Shown here one piece after another: positions 29,277-38,100 of a stretch of 64,000 nucleotides of DNA. The position numbers were made by a program, and so were the translations under genes. Position 1 is the stretch's first letter, and each line of letters starts with the position of its first letter. Origin of the DNA: Bacteroidales bacterium (lineage in GTDB: Bacteria > Bacteroidota > Bacteroidia > Bacteroidales > UBA12077); NCBI GenBank assembly GCA_028282585.1, contig JANQHR010000047.1, positions 64,001 to 128,000 on the forward strand. Reading direction: 5' to 3'. The notes beneath the pieces were generated by a model. It searched no databases, had not been told where the DNA came from, and worked only from the letters and a program-made list of their open reading frames with translations.

Positions 29277-31046
29277 ATGATAAAACAAACTCCTTTAATC
29301 AGGTTCTTAATTTGGAGAAAGCAAAATATAAGCCAGAGAAACTTTATACTTATTTTGAGTTTCATTGTTGGTCTGGCTGGCGGTATAGTAGCATTGATAT
29401 TGAAAACCTCAGTATTTTATTTACATGAATTATTATTACAGGATAAAGGTTTTGACGAATATAACTTATTGATGTTTATTTACCCGTTTATTGGAATAGC
29501 TATAACTTTCTTTTTTATTAAATACATTCTTCGAGATCCTATAAAACATAATATTGCTGCAATATTATATGCTATCTCAAAGCGAAATAGTTTAATGCGG
29601 GCCCATAAAATATTTTCTTCGATTTTAGGAGGTATACTAACTGCCGGATTTGGTGGTTCCATAGGATTGGAGTCGCCGATTATATCATCTGGTTCATCAA
29701 TTGGTTCAAATGTTGGGCGAATTTTGAAATTAAGTTATAAAGAAGTTACTTTATTACTATCTTGTGGAGCAGCGGGAGCTATATCCGCTATATTTCATAC
29801 TCCTTTGGCAGCAATCGTTTTTGCAATTGAGGTACTGCTTATAGATTTAACCCGATTTAGCTTAATTCCGCTTTTAATTGCTTCCGTAAGTGGGGCAATT
29901 GTAACCAATGTTTTCTTTCAGGATGAAATTTTATTTGAGTTTGTATTAAAGGATCCTTATCAAGTACAACATACCATCTTTTACATATTGCTTGGTATCT
30001 TAACAGGTTTGATATCAGTTTATTTCTCAAAGGTTTTTTTTAAAGTTGAAAGCTTAGCAAACAGACTTTCCGATATAAAAAGATTATTTCTTGGCGGAGC
30101 TATATTAGGAGTGATCCTCTTTTTATTTCCGCCGCTATATGGCGAAGGCTACCAAATAATTAAAGCAATATTTGCAGAAGATTTTTCTGCGGTCATGAAA
30201 ACAAACCTGAACCTTGAATTATCAAATTATCAATGGTTCTTCTATTTCTTTTTCTTATCTCTTTTAATATTAAAAGCTTTTGCAACATCAATAACAATTA
30301 CAAGTGGAGGAGTCGGTGGAATAATTGCTCCCTCTCTGTTTACGGGAGCCATTACGGGGATGTTATTTTCGCATAGTTTAAATTTATTAGGTCTGAATAT
30401 TTCTGAAAGTAACTTTGCTTTAGTAGGAATGGCTGGTGTTTTAAGCGGGGTTTTACATGCCCCGTTAACAGGTATATTCCTAATTGCGGAAACTACAAAA
30501 GGATATGAGTTAATTGTTCCTTTAATGCTTGTGTCTACCATTTCTTTTGTAACAGTAAAGTTTTTTGAACCAAATTCGATATTTACAATTCAACTTGCCA
30601 AAAGAGGTGAGCTTATAACTCACCATAAAGATAAAGCCGTACTTACATTTATGAAGTTAAAATCAGTTATTGAAAAAGATTTTACGACAGTTCATGTTAA
30701 TTCTAATTTGGGTGATTTAGTAAAGTTGGTCTCAAAATCAAATAGAAATGTTTTTCCTGTAGTGGATGAAGATGGTATTTTAAATGGCATTATTTTAATG
30801 GATAATATCCGTGAAATTATGTTTGAACGCGAAATGTACGATACTACCAAAGTGAGTAACTTAATGATTTTACCTCCTGCTTATATAGGTTATAAAGATA
30901 CTATGAAAGAGGTAATAGAAAAATTTGAGACAACCAGGGCATGGAATTTACCCGTAATTGATAACGCAAGATATATTGGAATGGTTTCTAAATCAAAGCT
31001 TTTTTCTGCCTACCGAAATCTTCTTCTCGAAATTTCTGATGAATAA
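29277..31046 (+). CDS. ClC-CBS protein, paralog 3
   Basis: KHNIA, GLESP, GIIAP and SIFT motifs; CBS pair. Confidence 0.9.
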   Translation: MIKQTPLIRFLIWRKQNISQRNFILILSFIVGLAGGIVALILKTSVFYLHELLLQDKGFDEYNLLMFIYPFIGIAITFFFIKYILRDPIKHNIAAILYAISKRNSLMRAHKIFSSILGGILTAGFGGSIGLESPIISSGSSIGSNVGRILKLSYKEVTLLLSCGAAGAISAIFHTPLAAIVFAIEVLLIDLTRFSLIPLLIASVSGAIVTNVFFQDEILFEFVLKDPYQVQHTIFYILLGILTGLISVYFSKVFFKVESLANRLSDIKRLFLGGAILGVILFLFPPLYGEGYQIIKAIFAEDFSAVMKTNLNLELSNYQWFFYFFFLSLLILKAFATSITITSGGVGGIIAPSLFTGAITGMLFSHSLNLLGLNISESNFALVGMAGVLSGVLHAPLTGIFLIAETTKGYELIVPLMLVSTISFVTVKFFEPNSIFTIQLAKRGELITHHKDKAVLTFMKLKSVIEKDFTTVHVNSNLGDLVKLVSKSNRNVFPVVDEDGILNGIILMDNIREIMFEREMYDTTKVSNLMILPPAYIGYKDTMKEVIEKFETTRAWNLPVIDNARYIGMVSKSKLFSAYRNLLLEISDE

Positions 31047-31080
31047 CATATAAAAAATATAAAATGTTATTTGCATATAT

Positions 31081-31126
31081 TGAGCATATGCTTATTTTTG
31101 TTATTAAAATAATGAGCTTATGCCCA
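31081..31126 (+). promoter_or_regulatory. Two near-palindromic operator candidates for the DUF134 regulator
   Basis: TGAGCATATGCTTA (31081-31094) and TGAGCTTATGCCCA (31113-31126, overlapping the ATG). Confidence 0.6.
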
Positions 31127-31419
31127 GAAAGAAATGTATTCGCCAGGTAGGTGGAAGTCCAAATATAACTTATTATAAGCCTGCCGGTATTCCAATGCGA
31201 AATTTAACAGAAGTGATTATTCACTTAGATGAAATTGAGGCAATTAAACTCGCTGATTTTGAAAAGAATTATCAGGAAGATGCAGCAAAAAAAATGAATA
31301 TATCACGACAAACATTTGGTCGAATTATTGAATCTGCTCGCAAAAAAATAGCAGACGCTTTATTAAATGGTAAAGCTATCAGAATTGAAGGTGGGAATGT
31401 AGAAGTAAAGAAAGTTTAG
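31120..31419 (+). CDS. DUF134 (UPF0251) HTH DNA-binding protein
   Basis: MPR.K..R, YKPAGIP, EIEAIKLAD and MNISRQTFGRI..SARKKIA.AL..GKAI.IEGG motifs. Confidence 0.92.
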   Translation: MPRKKCIRQVGGSPNITYYKPAGIPMRNLTEVIIHLDEIEAIKLADFEKNYQEDAAKKMNISRQTFGRIIESARKKIADALLNGKAIRIEGGNVEVKKV

Positions 31420-31522
31420 TAAATCTGGTTAAATCAGTAAGGATTAATAAAAGATCAGCATAAATTAAAAAGATTAGAAAACGCTACGAAGTAGTACTTT
31501 ATTTAATAATAATTTAAAATAA

Positions 31523-31885
31523 TTGAACATGAAAATAGCTGTTCCAACAAAAGAAAACAATGTTGATAGTCATTTCGGACATTGTGAATTTTATACTATT
31601 TATTCTATTAAAGAGAATAAAGTTGTTGAAAAAGAAGTCTTAGAATCACCTCAGGGGTGTGGCTGTAAATCAAACATTGCTAGTGTGTTACAGCAAAAAG
31701 GAGTAAATCGGATGCTTGCAGGAAATATGGGGGCAGGGGCGTTAAGTAAACTAAATGCTTTTGGAATTGAAGTAATCAGAGGTTGTGATGGAAATGTTGA
31801 TAATATTGTTGAAAAGTATCTAAACGGAGAAATAAAAGATTCGGGAGAGTCGTGTGCAAATCATCACCATCATCACGGACATTAA
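31523..31885 (+). CDS. NifB/NifX-family (FeMo-cofactor-binding-like) protein with His-rich tail
   Basis: MKIAVP...HFGHC, GCGCKS, GNMG.GA and C-terminal HHHHHGH. Confidence 0.88.
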   Translation: MNMKIAVPTKENNVDSHFGHCEFYTIYSIKENKVVEKEVLESPQGCGCKSNIASVLQQKGVNRMLAGNMGAGALSKLNAFGIEVIRGCDGNVDNIVEKYLNGEIKDSGESCANHHHHHGH

Positions 31886-31888
31886 AAG

Positions 31889-31914
31889 AAAAAGCCGCAA
31901 ATAGCGGCTTTTTT
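31889..31914. terminator. Bidirectional terminator
   Basis: AAAAAGCCGC-aaata-GCGGCTTTTT. Confidence 0.8.
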
Positions 31915-31918
31915 ATCT

Positions 31919-32299
31919 TTATTGTAAGTGTTTAAAATTCAGTCCATATAGAATAATAAATAATAAAGCAAATACAAGCGCCATAATGCTCCATCCAAAT
32001 GCAACGATTAAAATTTGAGCTGCTACATAAAGGTAGAAACCCATTTTCTTTAATTGCCACATCATAACAGCACCGTATAGAGAAGCGGCACTGAATATTG
32101 TCATTAAGATTGGTTTTAGCATTCCAGCTTCGGTAGTTACGCCACCGTAATTTGATAAGAAGCTGTTCATGGCTCCAAGCCCAAAAATTCCTAATAGACT
32201 AAATAAAACACCAAGTCCACTGCCGATAAAAGTTAAGATGCATAAAACAGTTAAGAAACCAGGTCTTTTAGCCGTAGTTTGTACATTTTGTTCTTCCAT
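31919..32299 (-). CDS. Small 4-TM hypothetical membrane protein
   Basis: RPGFLTVLCILTFIGS...GAVMMW.LKK.GFYLY. Confidence 0.75.
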   Translation of the reverse strand: MEEQNVQTTAKRPGFLTVLCILTFIGSGLGVLFSLLGIFGLGAMNSFLSNYGGVTTEAGMLKPILMTIFSAASLYGAVMMWQLKKMGFYLYVAAQILIVAFGWSIMALVFALLFIILYGLNFKHLQ

Positions 32300-32505
32300 A
32301 ATAAAAATATTTGAGTTTATAATTCTAGATTAAATATAAAAAAAAAGTGTATAACTAACTAACATTAATTTTAATTAATATGGTTCATCAGTTATAAATA
32401 ACATTATGTTGATAAAATGTTAATATAACTAGAAAAAAACATTGGTAAATAATTGGAAATTAGGATATATATAATTAATATTGGTTGTTTTTTACAAACT
32501 GAGGA

Positions 32506-32931
32506 ATGGAACTATATAAATCAATTATCGAAAAGAATACTGTAAATGACCTAAGCCATAATTACAGTATATTGGTTGTTGAAGATGATGATGTTAGTTA
32601 TATGCTTCTCAACGAGATACTATCTTCCTATCCTGTAAAGTTGTTCAGAGCTTATGATGGCGTTGAAGCAATAGAAAACTTTAATAAAAGTGATTCAGCT
32701 TATGATTTGGTTTTAATGGATATCCGTTTACCGAAATTAAATGGATATGAGGCTACACAAAAAATAAAGAAAATTAATCCAACAGTTCCGATAATAGCTG
32801 TTACTGCATATGCACATTCACAAGGAATTACAGATTGTTATGATTCAGGATGTGACGATTTTATTGCAAAACCATTTGATATTAATAAGATCGTAAGAAT
32901 GGTTGAGCATTATTTAGTGCTTAGAAATTAG
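32506..32931 (+). CDS. Single-domain response regulator
   Basis: ILVVEDD, LVLMDIRLP..NG, IIAVTA and FIAKP motifs. Confidence 0.9.
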   Translation: MELYKSIIEKNTVNDLSHNYSILVVEDDDVSYMLLNEILSSYPVKLFRAYDGVEAIENFNKSDSAYDLVLMDIRLPKLNGYEATQKIKKINPTVPIIAVTAYAHSQGITDCYDSGCDDFIAKPFDINKIVRMVEHYLVLRN

Positions 32932-33043
32932 AATATTACTACCCTTTTTAACATCTATTCTATAACATAAAATTTATTTTTTATTCATTGCATAATTCTC
33001 TAATTTTGGAAAATTGTTTTGAAATATAATTAAATTATACATC

Positions 33044-34324
33044 ATGAATAGAGATACAGAAATATTTGACTTAATTCAAAAAGAAAAAGAACGACAAATA
33101 AATGGTATAGAACTTATTGCTTCTGAAAACTTTGTAAGTGAACAAGTACTCGAAGCAATGGGGTCTGTAATGACTAATAAATATGCAGAAGGTTATCCGG
33201 GAAAAAGATATTACGGAGGTTGTGAGATAGTTGATCAATCTGAGGATTTAGCTCGGGAAAGATTGAAACAACTTTATGATGCTGAATGGGTTAATGTACA
33301 GCCTCATTCAGGAGCGCAAGCTAATGCTGCTGTTTTTATGACAATTTTAAATCCGGGAGATACATTTTTAGGATTAGATTTAGCACACGGAGGCCACTTG
33401 TCTCATGGTTCTCCCGTAAACTTATCCGGTATTCTTTACAGGGCTGTATCTTATGGAGTTAAAGAAGAAACCGGAATGGTTGATTATGATATGATGGAAG
33501 AAGTTGCTCTTAAAGAAAAGCCTAAAATGATTGTTGGTGGAGCATCTGCTTATTCTCGAGAGTGGGATTATAAAAGAATGAGAGAGATAGCTGATAAAAT
33601 TGGAGCAATTTTAATGATTGATATGGCGCATCCTGCTGGTTTAATTGCTGCTGGTTTATTAGATAATCCATTGAAATACGCACATGTTGTTACTTCTACT
33701 ACCCATAAAACATTGCGCGGACCAAGAGGAGGCATTATTTTAATGGGTAAAGATTTTGAGAACCCATTTGGAAAAACTACTCCAAAAGGTGTAATAAGAA
33801 AAATGTCTTCATTATTTGATTCGGGAGTGTTCCCGGGAACACAAGGTGGACCGCTTGAACACGTAATTGCTTCAAAAGCTGTTGCTTTTGGTGAAGCGTT
33901 AGCTCCTGAGTTTAAAGTTTATCAAAGCCAGGTAAAAAAGAATGCAGCTGTAATGGCTCAAGAATTTATCAATAAAGGTTATAAGGTAATTTCAGGAGGA
34001 ACTGATAATCACTCAATGTTAATTGATTTAAGAACTAAATTTCCTGAAATTACAGGTAAGGTAGTTGAAAACACATTAGTAAAAGCACATATTACTATTA
34101 ATAAAAATATGGTTCCCTTTGATTCTCGTTCACCATTCCAAACTTCTGGATTTAGGGTTGGTACTTCAGCTATTACAACTAGAGGATTAAAAGATGATAA
34201 GATACCGGCAGTTGTTGATTTTGTAGATCAAGTAATTAGTAATATAGAAGATGAAGGAGTTATTAACGAAGTTGGAAACAAAATAAAAGATATGATGAGT
34301 AAATTCCCATTGTTTGCTTATTAA
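33044..34324 (+). CDS. glyA: Serine hydroxymethyltransferase
   Basis: [21 protein letters not shown] and [12 protein letters not shown] motifs. Confidence 0.98.
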   Translation: MNRDTEIFDLIQKEKERQINGIELIASENFVSEQVLEAMGSVMTNKYAEGYPGKRYYGGCEIVDQSEDLARERLKQLYDAEWVNVQPHSGAQANAAVFMTILNPGDTFLGLDLAHGGHLSHGSPVNLSGILYRAVSYGVKEETGMVDYDMMEEVALKEKPKMIVGGASAYSREWDYKRMREIADKIGAILMIDMAHPAGLIAAGLLDNPLKYAHVVTSTTHKTLRGPRGGIILMGKDFENPFGKTTPKGVIRKMSSLFDSGVFPGTQGGPLEHVIASKAVAFGEALAPEFKVYQSQVKKNAAVMAQEFINKGYKVISGGTDNHSMLIDLRTKFPEITGKVVENTLVKAHITINKNMVPFDSRSPFQTSGFRVGTSAITTRGLKDDKIPAVVDFVDQVISNIEDEGVINEVGNKIKDMMSKFPLFAY

Positions 34325-34342
34325 AAAAGGATAATATGTTTT

Positions 34343-34381
34343 AAAGCTGCCTCCCGATGACTATTGGGATAAGCAGCTTTT
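34343..34381 (+). terminator. glyA terminator with an inner TCCCGAT/ATTGGGA hairpin
   Basis: AAAGCTGC..TCCCGAT-gact-ATTGGGA..GCAGCTTTT. Confidence 0.7.
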
Positions 34382-34426
34382 CTTATGGTTTTAATTCTAT
34401 ATTTATAAAAACAAGCAAATCAAACT

Positions 34427-35191
34427 ATGGAATGGTATCTTATTTTAGCTGTAATAGGTGTCGGTATTGTGGCCGGATTTATTAATACATTGGCAGGTAG
34501 CGGATCTCTTTTAACACTACCATTATTAATGTTTCTTGGTTTACCACCAAACGTTGCAAACGGAACAAATCGTATTGGAATTTTATTTCAGAGTATTGTT
34601 GCAACAAGTCGTTTCAAACAGAAACAAGTATTAGATACAAAGGTAGGTCTCTGGTTAGGAATTCCTAGTATATTAGGTGCCATAGCCGGTTCTATATGGG
34701 CGGTAAACTTAACTGATGAGATAATGAGAATATTCATCGCGGTTTTATTGATTGTTATGTTTTTTGTTATTTTATATAAGCCGGATGCCTGGATCAAAGG
34801 ACAAGCAGGTAAGGTAAAAGAGAAACCATCCATATTGCAAATTGTTATATTTTTTGGAATTGGTTTGTATGGTGGATTTATTCAGGCAGGTGTTGGTTTT
34901 TTCTTACTTGGTGGATTAGTATTAGGTGCTGGTTATGATCTGGTAAAGGCCAATGCGATAAAAGTTTTTATAACCTTATTATTTACGGTACCAGCTTTGA
35001 TCATATTTATAGTTAATGATCAGGTGAATTACATTTTAGGTTTTGTACTTGCGATTGGAAGTATGCTTGGAGCCTTAATTGGTACTAAAGTTGCAATAAG
35101 TTGGGGGCCAAAGTTTGTACGTTATATACTACTTATTGCCATTTTTGTTTCTGCCCTTAAACTAATAGGGGTTCTAGACTTTATATTTTAG
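34427..35191 (+). CDS. TauE/SafE (TSUP) family membrane transporter
   Basis: AGFINTLAGSGSLL.LP, ANGTNR and YGGFIQAGVG motifs. Confidence 0.88.
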   Translation: MEWYLILAVIGVGIVAGFINTLAGSGSLLTLPLLMFLGLPPNVANGTNRIGILFQSIVATSRFKQKQVLDTKVGLWLGIPSILGAIAGSIWAVNLTDEIMRIFIAVLLIVMFFVILYKPDAWIKGQAGKVKEKPSILQIVIFFGIGLYGGFIQAGVGFFLLGGLVLGAGYDLVKANAIKVFITLLFTVPALIIFIVNDQVNYILGFVLAIGSMLGALIGTKVAISWGPKFVRYILLIAIFVSALKLIGVLDFIF

Positions 35192-35192
35192 T

Positions 35193-35966
35193 TTATGCCG
35201 TTTCTTTAAAAAGATTTATTTGCGTATTTCCTGAGTATGTCGTATTTGCGAGGGAGTTAATTTTTAAAAGAAAAAAATAACCGAATAATAAGAATAAGCT
35301 AAGGATAGCTCCAGTGAATATGCAAACCGGAAGGCTGTACTTCTCATTTTGCGGATGAGAAAAATTAGTAAAGACTAACGGTTTAAGGAACTTTAGATTT
35401 TCTTCAAAACTTACTTTTTTAAGATATAATGAGGCTGCTGTTTCTTCACTAATGATTATGTTGTTATCATTTATATTAAGTTCGGACTGGTTGTTAAGTT
35501 TTTTAATTTGATCGTCAAAAAAAGTAACTGTATTGCTCAATTGATCTTTTTTATGTTGTATTTTTTCGTTTATAAATGAATTTTTTGAAATGTATTTATC
35601 TAATGAACTAACAAATGCATTTATATCTATTTTGTTACTTGCAATAACGCTAATTTCTATAATTCCTTCTTCAATATTTGTTTCAATAGTGTTAATCGCC
35701 ATTAGTTGCATTTTGTTATATTCTTCGTTTAACCCACTATTTTTTAATTTAGAAGAAAACTCGGAAATACCGTTTAAAATTACGTCTTTATTGATATACG
35801 GGGAATAAGCACTTACTTTATATGCAAATTTATCTGGCTGTAAATAGTAAACACTAATACCTAATAGAGCCCCTATTATTAATACAAATAGGATAACTTT
35901 TATTTTACTTTTTATAAATCGTACTAATTTTAGGAAAACTTCTATTAAATCTATTTCGTCATTCAT
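35193..35966 (-). CDS. Wzz/chain-length-determinant-like protein
   Basis: DEIDLIEVF N-terminus, two TMs flanking a coiled-coil. Confidence 0.6.
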   Translation of the reverse strand: MNDEIDLIEVFLKLVRFIKSKIKVILFVLIIGALLGISVYYLQPDKFAYKVSAYSPYINKDVILNGISEFSSKLKNSGLNEEYNKMQLMAINTIETNIEEGIIEISVIASNKIDINAFVSSLDKYISKNSFINEKIQHKKDQLSNTVTFFDDQIKKLNNQSELNINDNNIIISEETAASLYLKKVSFEENLKFLKPLVFTNFSHPQNEKYSLPVCIFTGAILSLFLLFGYFFLLKINSLANTTYSGNTQINLFKETA

Positions 35967-36090
35967 TGTTAATTAAATGGTAAATTTATGTACTTATCAG
36001 ATGTATAATATTTCAATTTGGTTGCTTAAAAGAACCATTAATTGTTTTTAAATGCCAGAAGGGTAGATTTATAGCATTAAAGAAAGAAAT

Positions 36091-36909
36091 CTATTGTAGT
36101 TTAAAGAAATAAGTTATTGTTCCTTTTTGATAAGCAGGAGCATCAGGTTTTTTATCAAATTTAGCTTTTAAGGCAGCTCTTTTTGCAGCAGCCAATAAAT
36201 TGGCATCAAGCGTTGTACTACCTTTTACACCAGGTACTGCATTGGTTACATTACCATGCTTATCAACCGTAATTTCAACTACAACTTTTCCTTCAATTTG
36301 TTGATTATATGCTGGTTTTGGTAGGGATTCTGGGTTTCTTCCTGCTAAACTGAAGCTTGTGCCGCTTGTTCCCATACTTTCACCACCAACATGATTTTTC
36401 GAATCTACTGATCCAGTGGTTGATCCTTGATTATTATTGCCTTGTGTTTCTCCTTCGCTAGTATTATTATCATTACTCCTGTCTCGACCTGGAAATAAAG
36501 CTCGTTCATTAACTTTTCGTTCCTCTTTTATTTCTTCCGGTCTTTCTTCTGTTGGTTTTGGTTTAACTTCTGTTGGTTCTTCCTTTTTTTCTTCTTTTTT
36601 GCCTTGTTCTTTTATCGCTGGAGCATCTTCATAATCCTGAGTAATATTTCCTTCTTCTGCTGGTGGGGTTGAAGCTTCAGGTTCTGATTCTTCCTGTGCT
36701 TGTATGGCTTCCCTTGGTTCTGATTCAGAGTATCGCGGTTCAAATTGCCCGGATCCTTCATTGTCGTCGCCAAAATTAATAAGTATTCCTTCTTCTTCGG
36801 GTAGCGGAAGAGGAGTAGTGTATCCAAAGAACATAAGTATTGCTCCCAAAATTATATGAAAAATTATGGTTCCGATAATACCTTTTCTATGTTCCTGAAA
36901 GTAACTCAT
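36091..36909 (-). CDS. tonB: TonB/TolA-like energy transducer
   Basis: TM with conserved His, P/E/K-rich linker, EGKVVVEITVD..G.V C-terminal domain. Confidence 0.8.
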   Translation of the reverse strand: MSYFQEHRKGIIGTIIFHIILGAILMFFGYTTPLPLPEEEGILINFGDDNEGSGQFEPRYSESEPREAIQAQEESEPEASTPPAEEGNITQDYEDAPAIKEQGKKEEKKEEPTEVKPKPTEERPEEIKEERKVNERALFPGRDRSNDNNTSEGETQGNNNQGSTTGSVDSKNHVGGESMGTSGTSFSLAGRNPESLPKPAYNQQIEGKVVVEITVDKHGNVTNAVPGVKGSTTLDANLLAAAKRAALKAKFDKKPDAPAYQKGTITYFFKLQ

Positions 36910-36910
36910 A

Positions 36911-37309
36911 TTAATTTGCTTGTGTTGCCAGAATTAATTTCCACTTATTATCTTTTGCAATATTCATTACACGTACCATTGCATGCACAGGAATATTTTG
37001 ATCACAATGTAAAGAAATTGTGGGTTCTTCAATTCCTTGAGATTGAAATTTATGCAGTAAGATTCCTTCTATATCTTCAAAAGGAACCTGAGTAGTTTCA
37101 ACATAATAATTTAAATCTTCAGTTATAGATATTGTTGTAATTGCACTTGCAGAAGTTTGATGAGAGCTTTTAGGCAATAACAGCTTTAACGCGTTAGGTG
37201 CAATTAAGGTTGATGTTACCATAAAGAATATAAGCAATAGAAATACAATGTCAGTCATCGACGACATACTAAAATTTGGATTTACCTTACTTCTTCTTTT
37301 TAAAGCCAT
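36911..37309 (-). CDS. exbD: ExbD/TolR biopolymer transport protein
   Basis: MTDIVFLLLIFFMV motif. Confidence 0.92.
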   Translation of the reverse strand: MALKRRSKVNPNFSMSSMTDIVFLLLIFFMVTSTLIAPNALKLLLPKSSHQTSASAITTISITEDLNYYVETTQVPFEDIEGILLHKFQSQGIEEPTISLHCDQNIPVHAMVRVMNIAKDNKWKLILATQAN

Positions 37310-37315
37310 AATTAT

Positions 37316-38017
37316 TTACTCTACAGGTTCATTTAACAGATCCATGAATTCAGATGTATTAGCTTCTAATTGAAATACAACTTTTTCCACTCTCGCAACT
37401 AAAATATTATACGCTAAGTATCCAATAATTCCAACCATCAGACCGGCAACTGTTGTTACCATTGCTGTATAAATACCATTTGATAACAGGCTAACATCTA
37501 TATTATTACCCGCATTTGACATATCGTAGAAAGCGCGAATCATACCCATAACAGTTCCCAAAAAGCCAATCATTGGAGCAGCACCCGAAACTGTCGCTAA
37601 GGCAGGCAAATTCTTTTCTAATTTAGAAATCTCCAAATTACCCACATTTTCAATAGCAGCGTTAATATCATTTAACGGACGACCAATGCGCTGTAATCCT
37701 TTTTCAATCATTCTGGCCACCGGACTTTGAGTTGATTGACATAAAGCCATCGCTGAGTCTATTTTATCGTCATGTATATAATCTTTAATTTTATTCATGA
37801 AATTTATATCAGTCTGAGATGCCTTTTTAATGGCAAAGTATCTTTCAATAAAAATATAAACTGCGACAATAGATAAAATTATTATAGGAACCATAATCCA
37901 ACCACCTTTAAATGCAAGTTCCCAAAAATGTAATTTTAGTTCACCCCCAGTTTCAGCAATATTTGTGTTTGTTGTATCAGTTAAGCTAATTTGCAATAAC
38001 ATGAATAGATTTGTCAT
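37316..38017 (-). CDS. exbB: ExbB/TolQ/MotA proton channel
   Basis: APMIGFLGTV.GMI..F and GIY.AMVTT.AGL motifs. Confidence 0.92.
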   Translation of the reverse strand: MTNLFMLLQISLTDTTNTNIAETGGELKLHFWELAFKGGWIMVPIIILSIVAVYIFIERYFAIKKASQTDINFMNKIKDYIHDDKIDSAMALCQSTQSPVARMIEKGLQRIGRPLNDINAAIENVGNLEISKLEKNLPALATVSGAAPMIGFLGTVMGMIRAFYDMSNAGNNIDVSLLSNGIYTAMVTTVAGLMVGIIGYLAYNILVARVEKVVFQLEANTSEFMDLLNEPVE

Positions 38018-38100
38018 ATTATGATATATTTAATTTGTTTATTAAACGATTTAAACGAACTAATATTTTAGAATTAAACCATACAAAGTTATAAAAAACA

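Noticed and set aside
31523-31885. Nitrogen fixation
   Set aside because: NifB/NifX-like domains with DUF134 are widespread in non-diazotrophs, and there is no nifHDK here
32932-33043. ZTP or glycine riboswitch upstream of glyA
   Set aside because: The spacer is almost pure A/T with a TAATTTTG promoter box and no conserved aptamer
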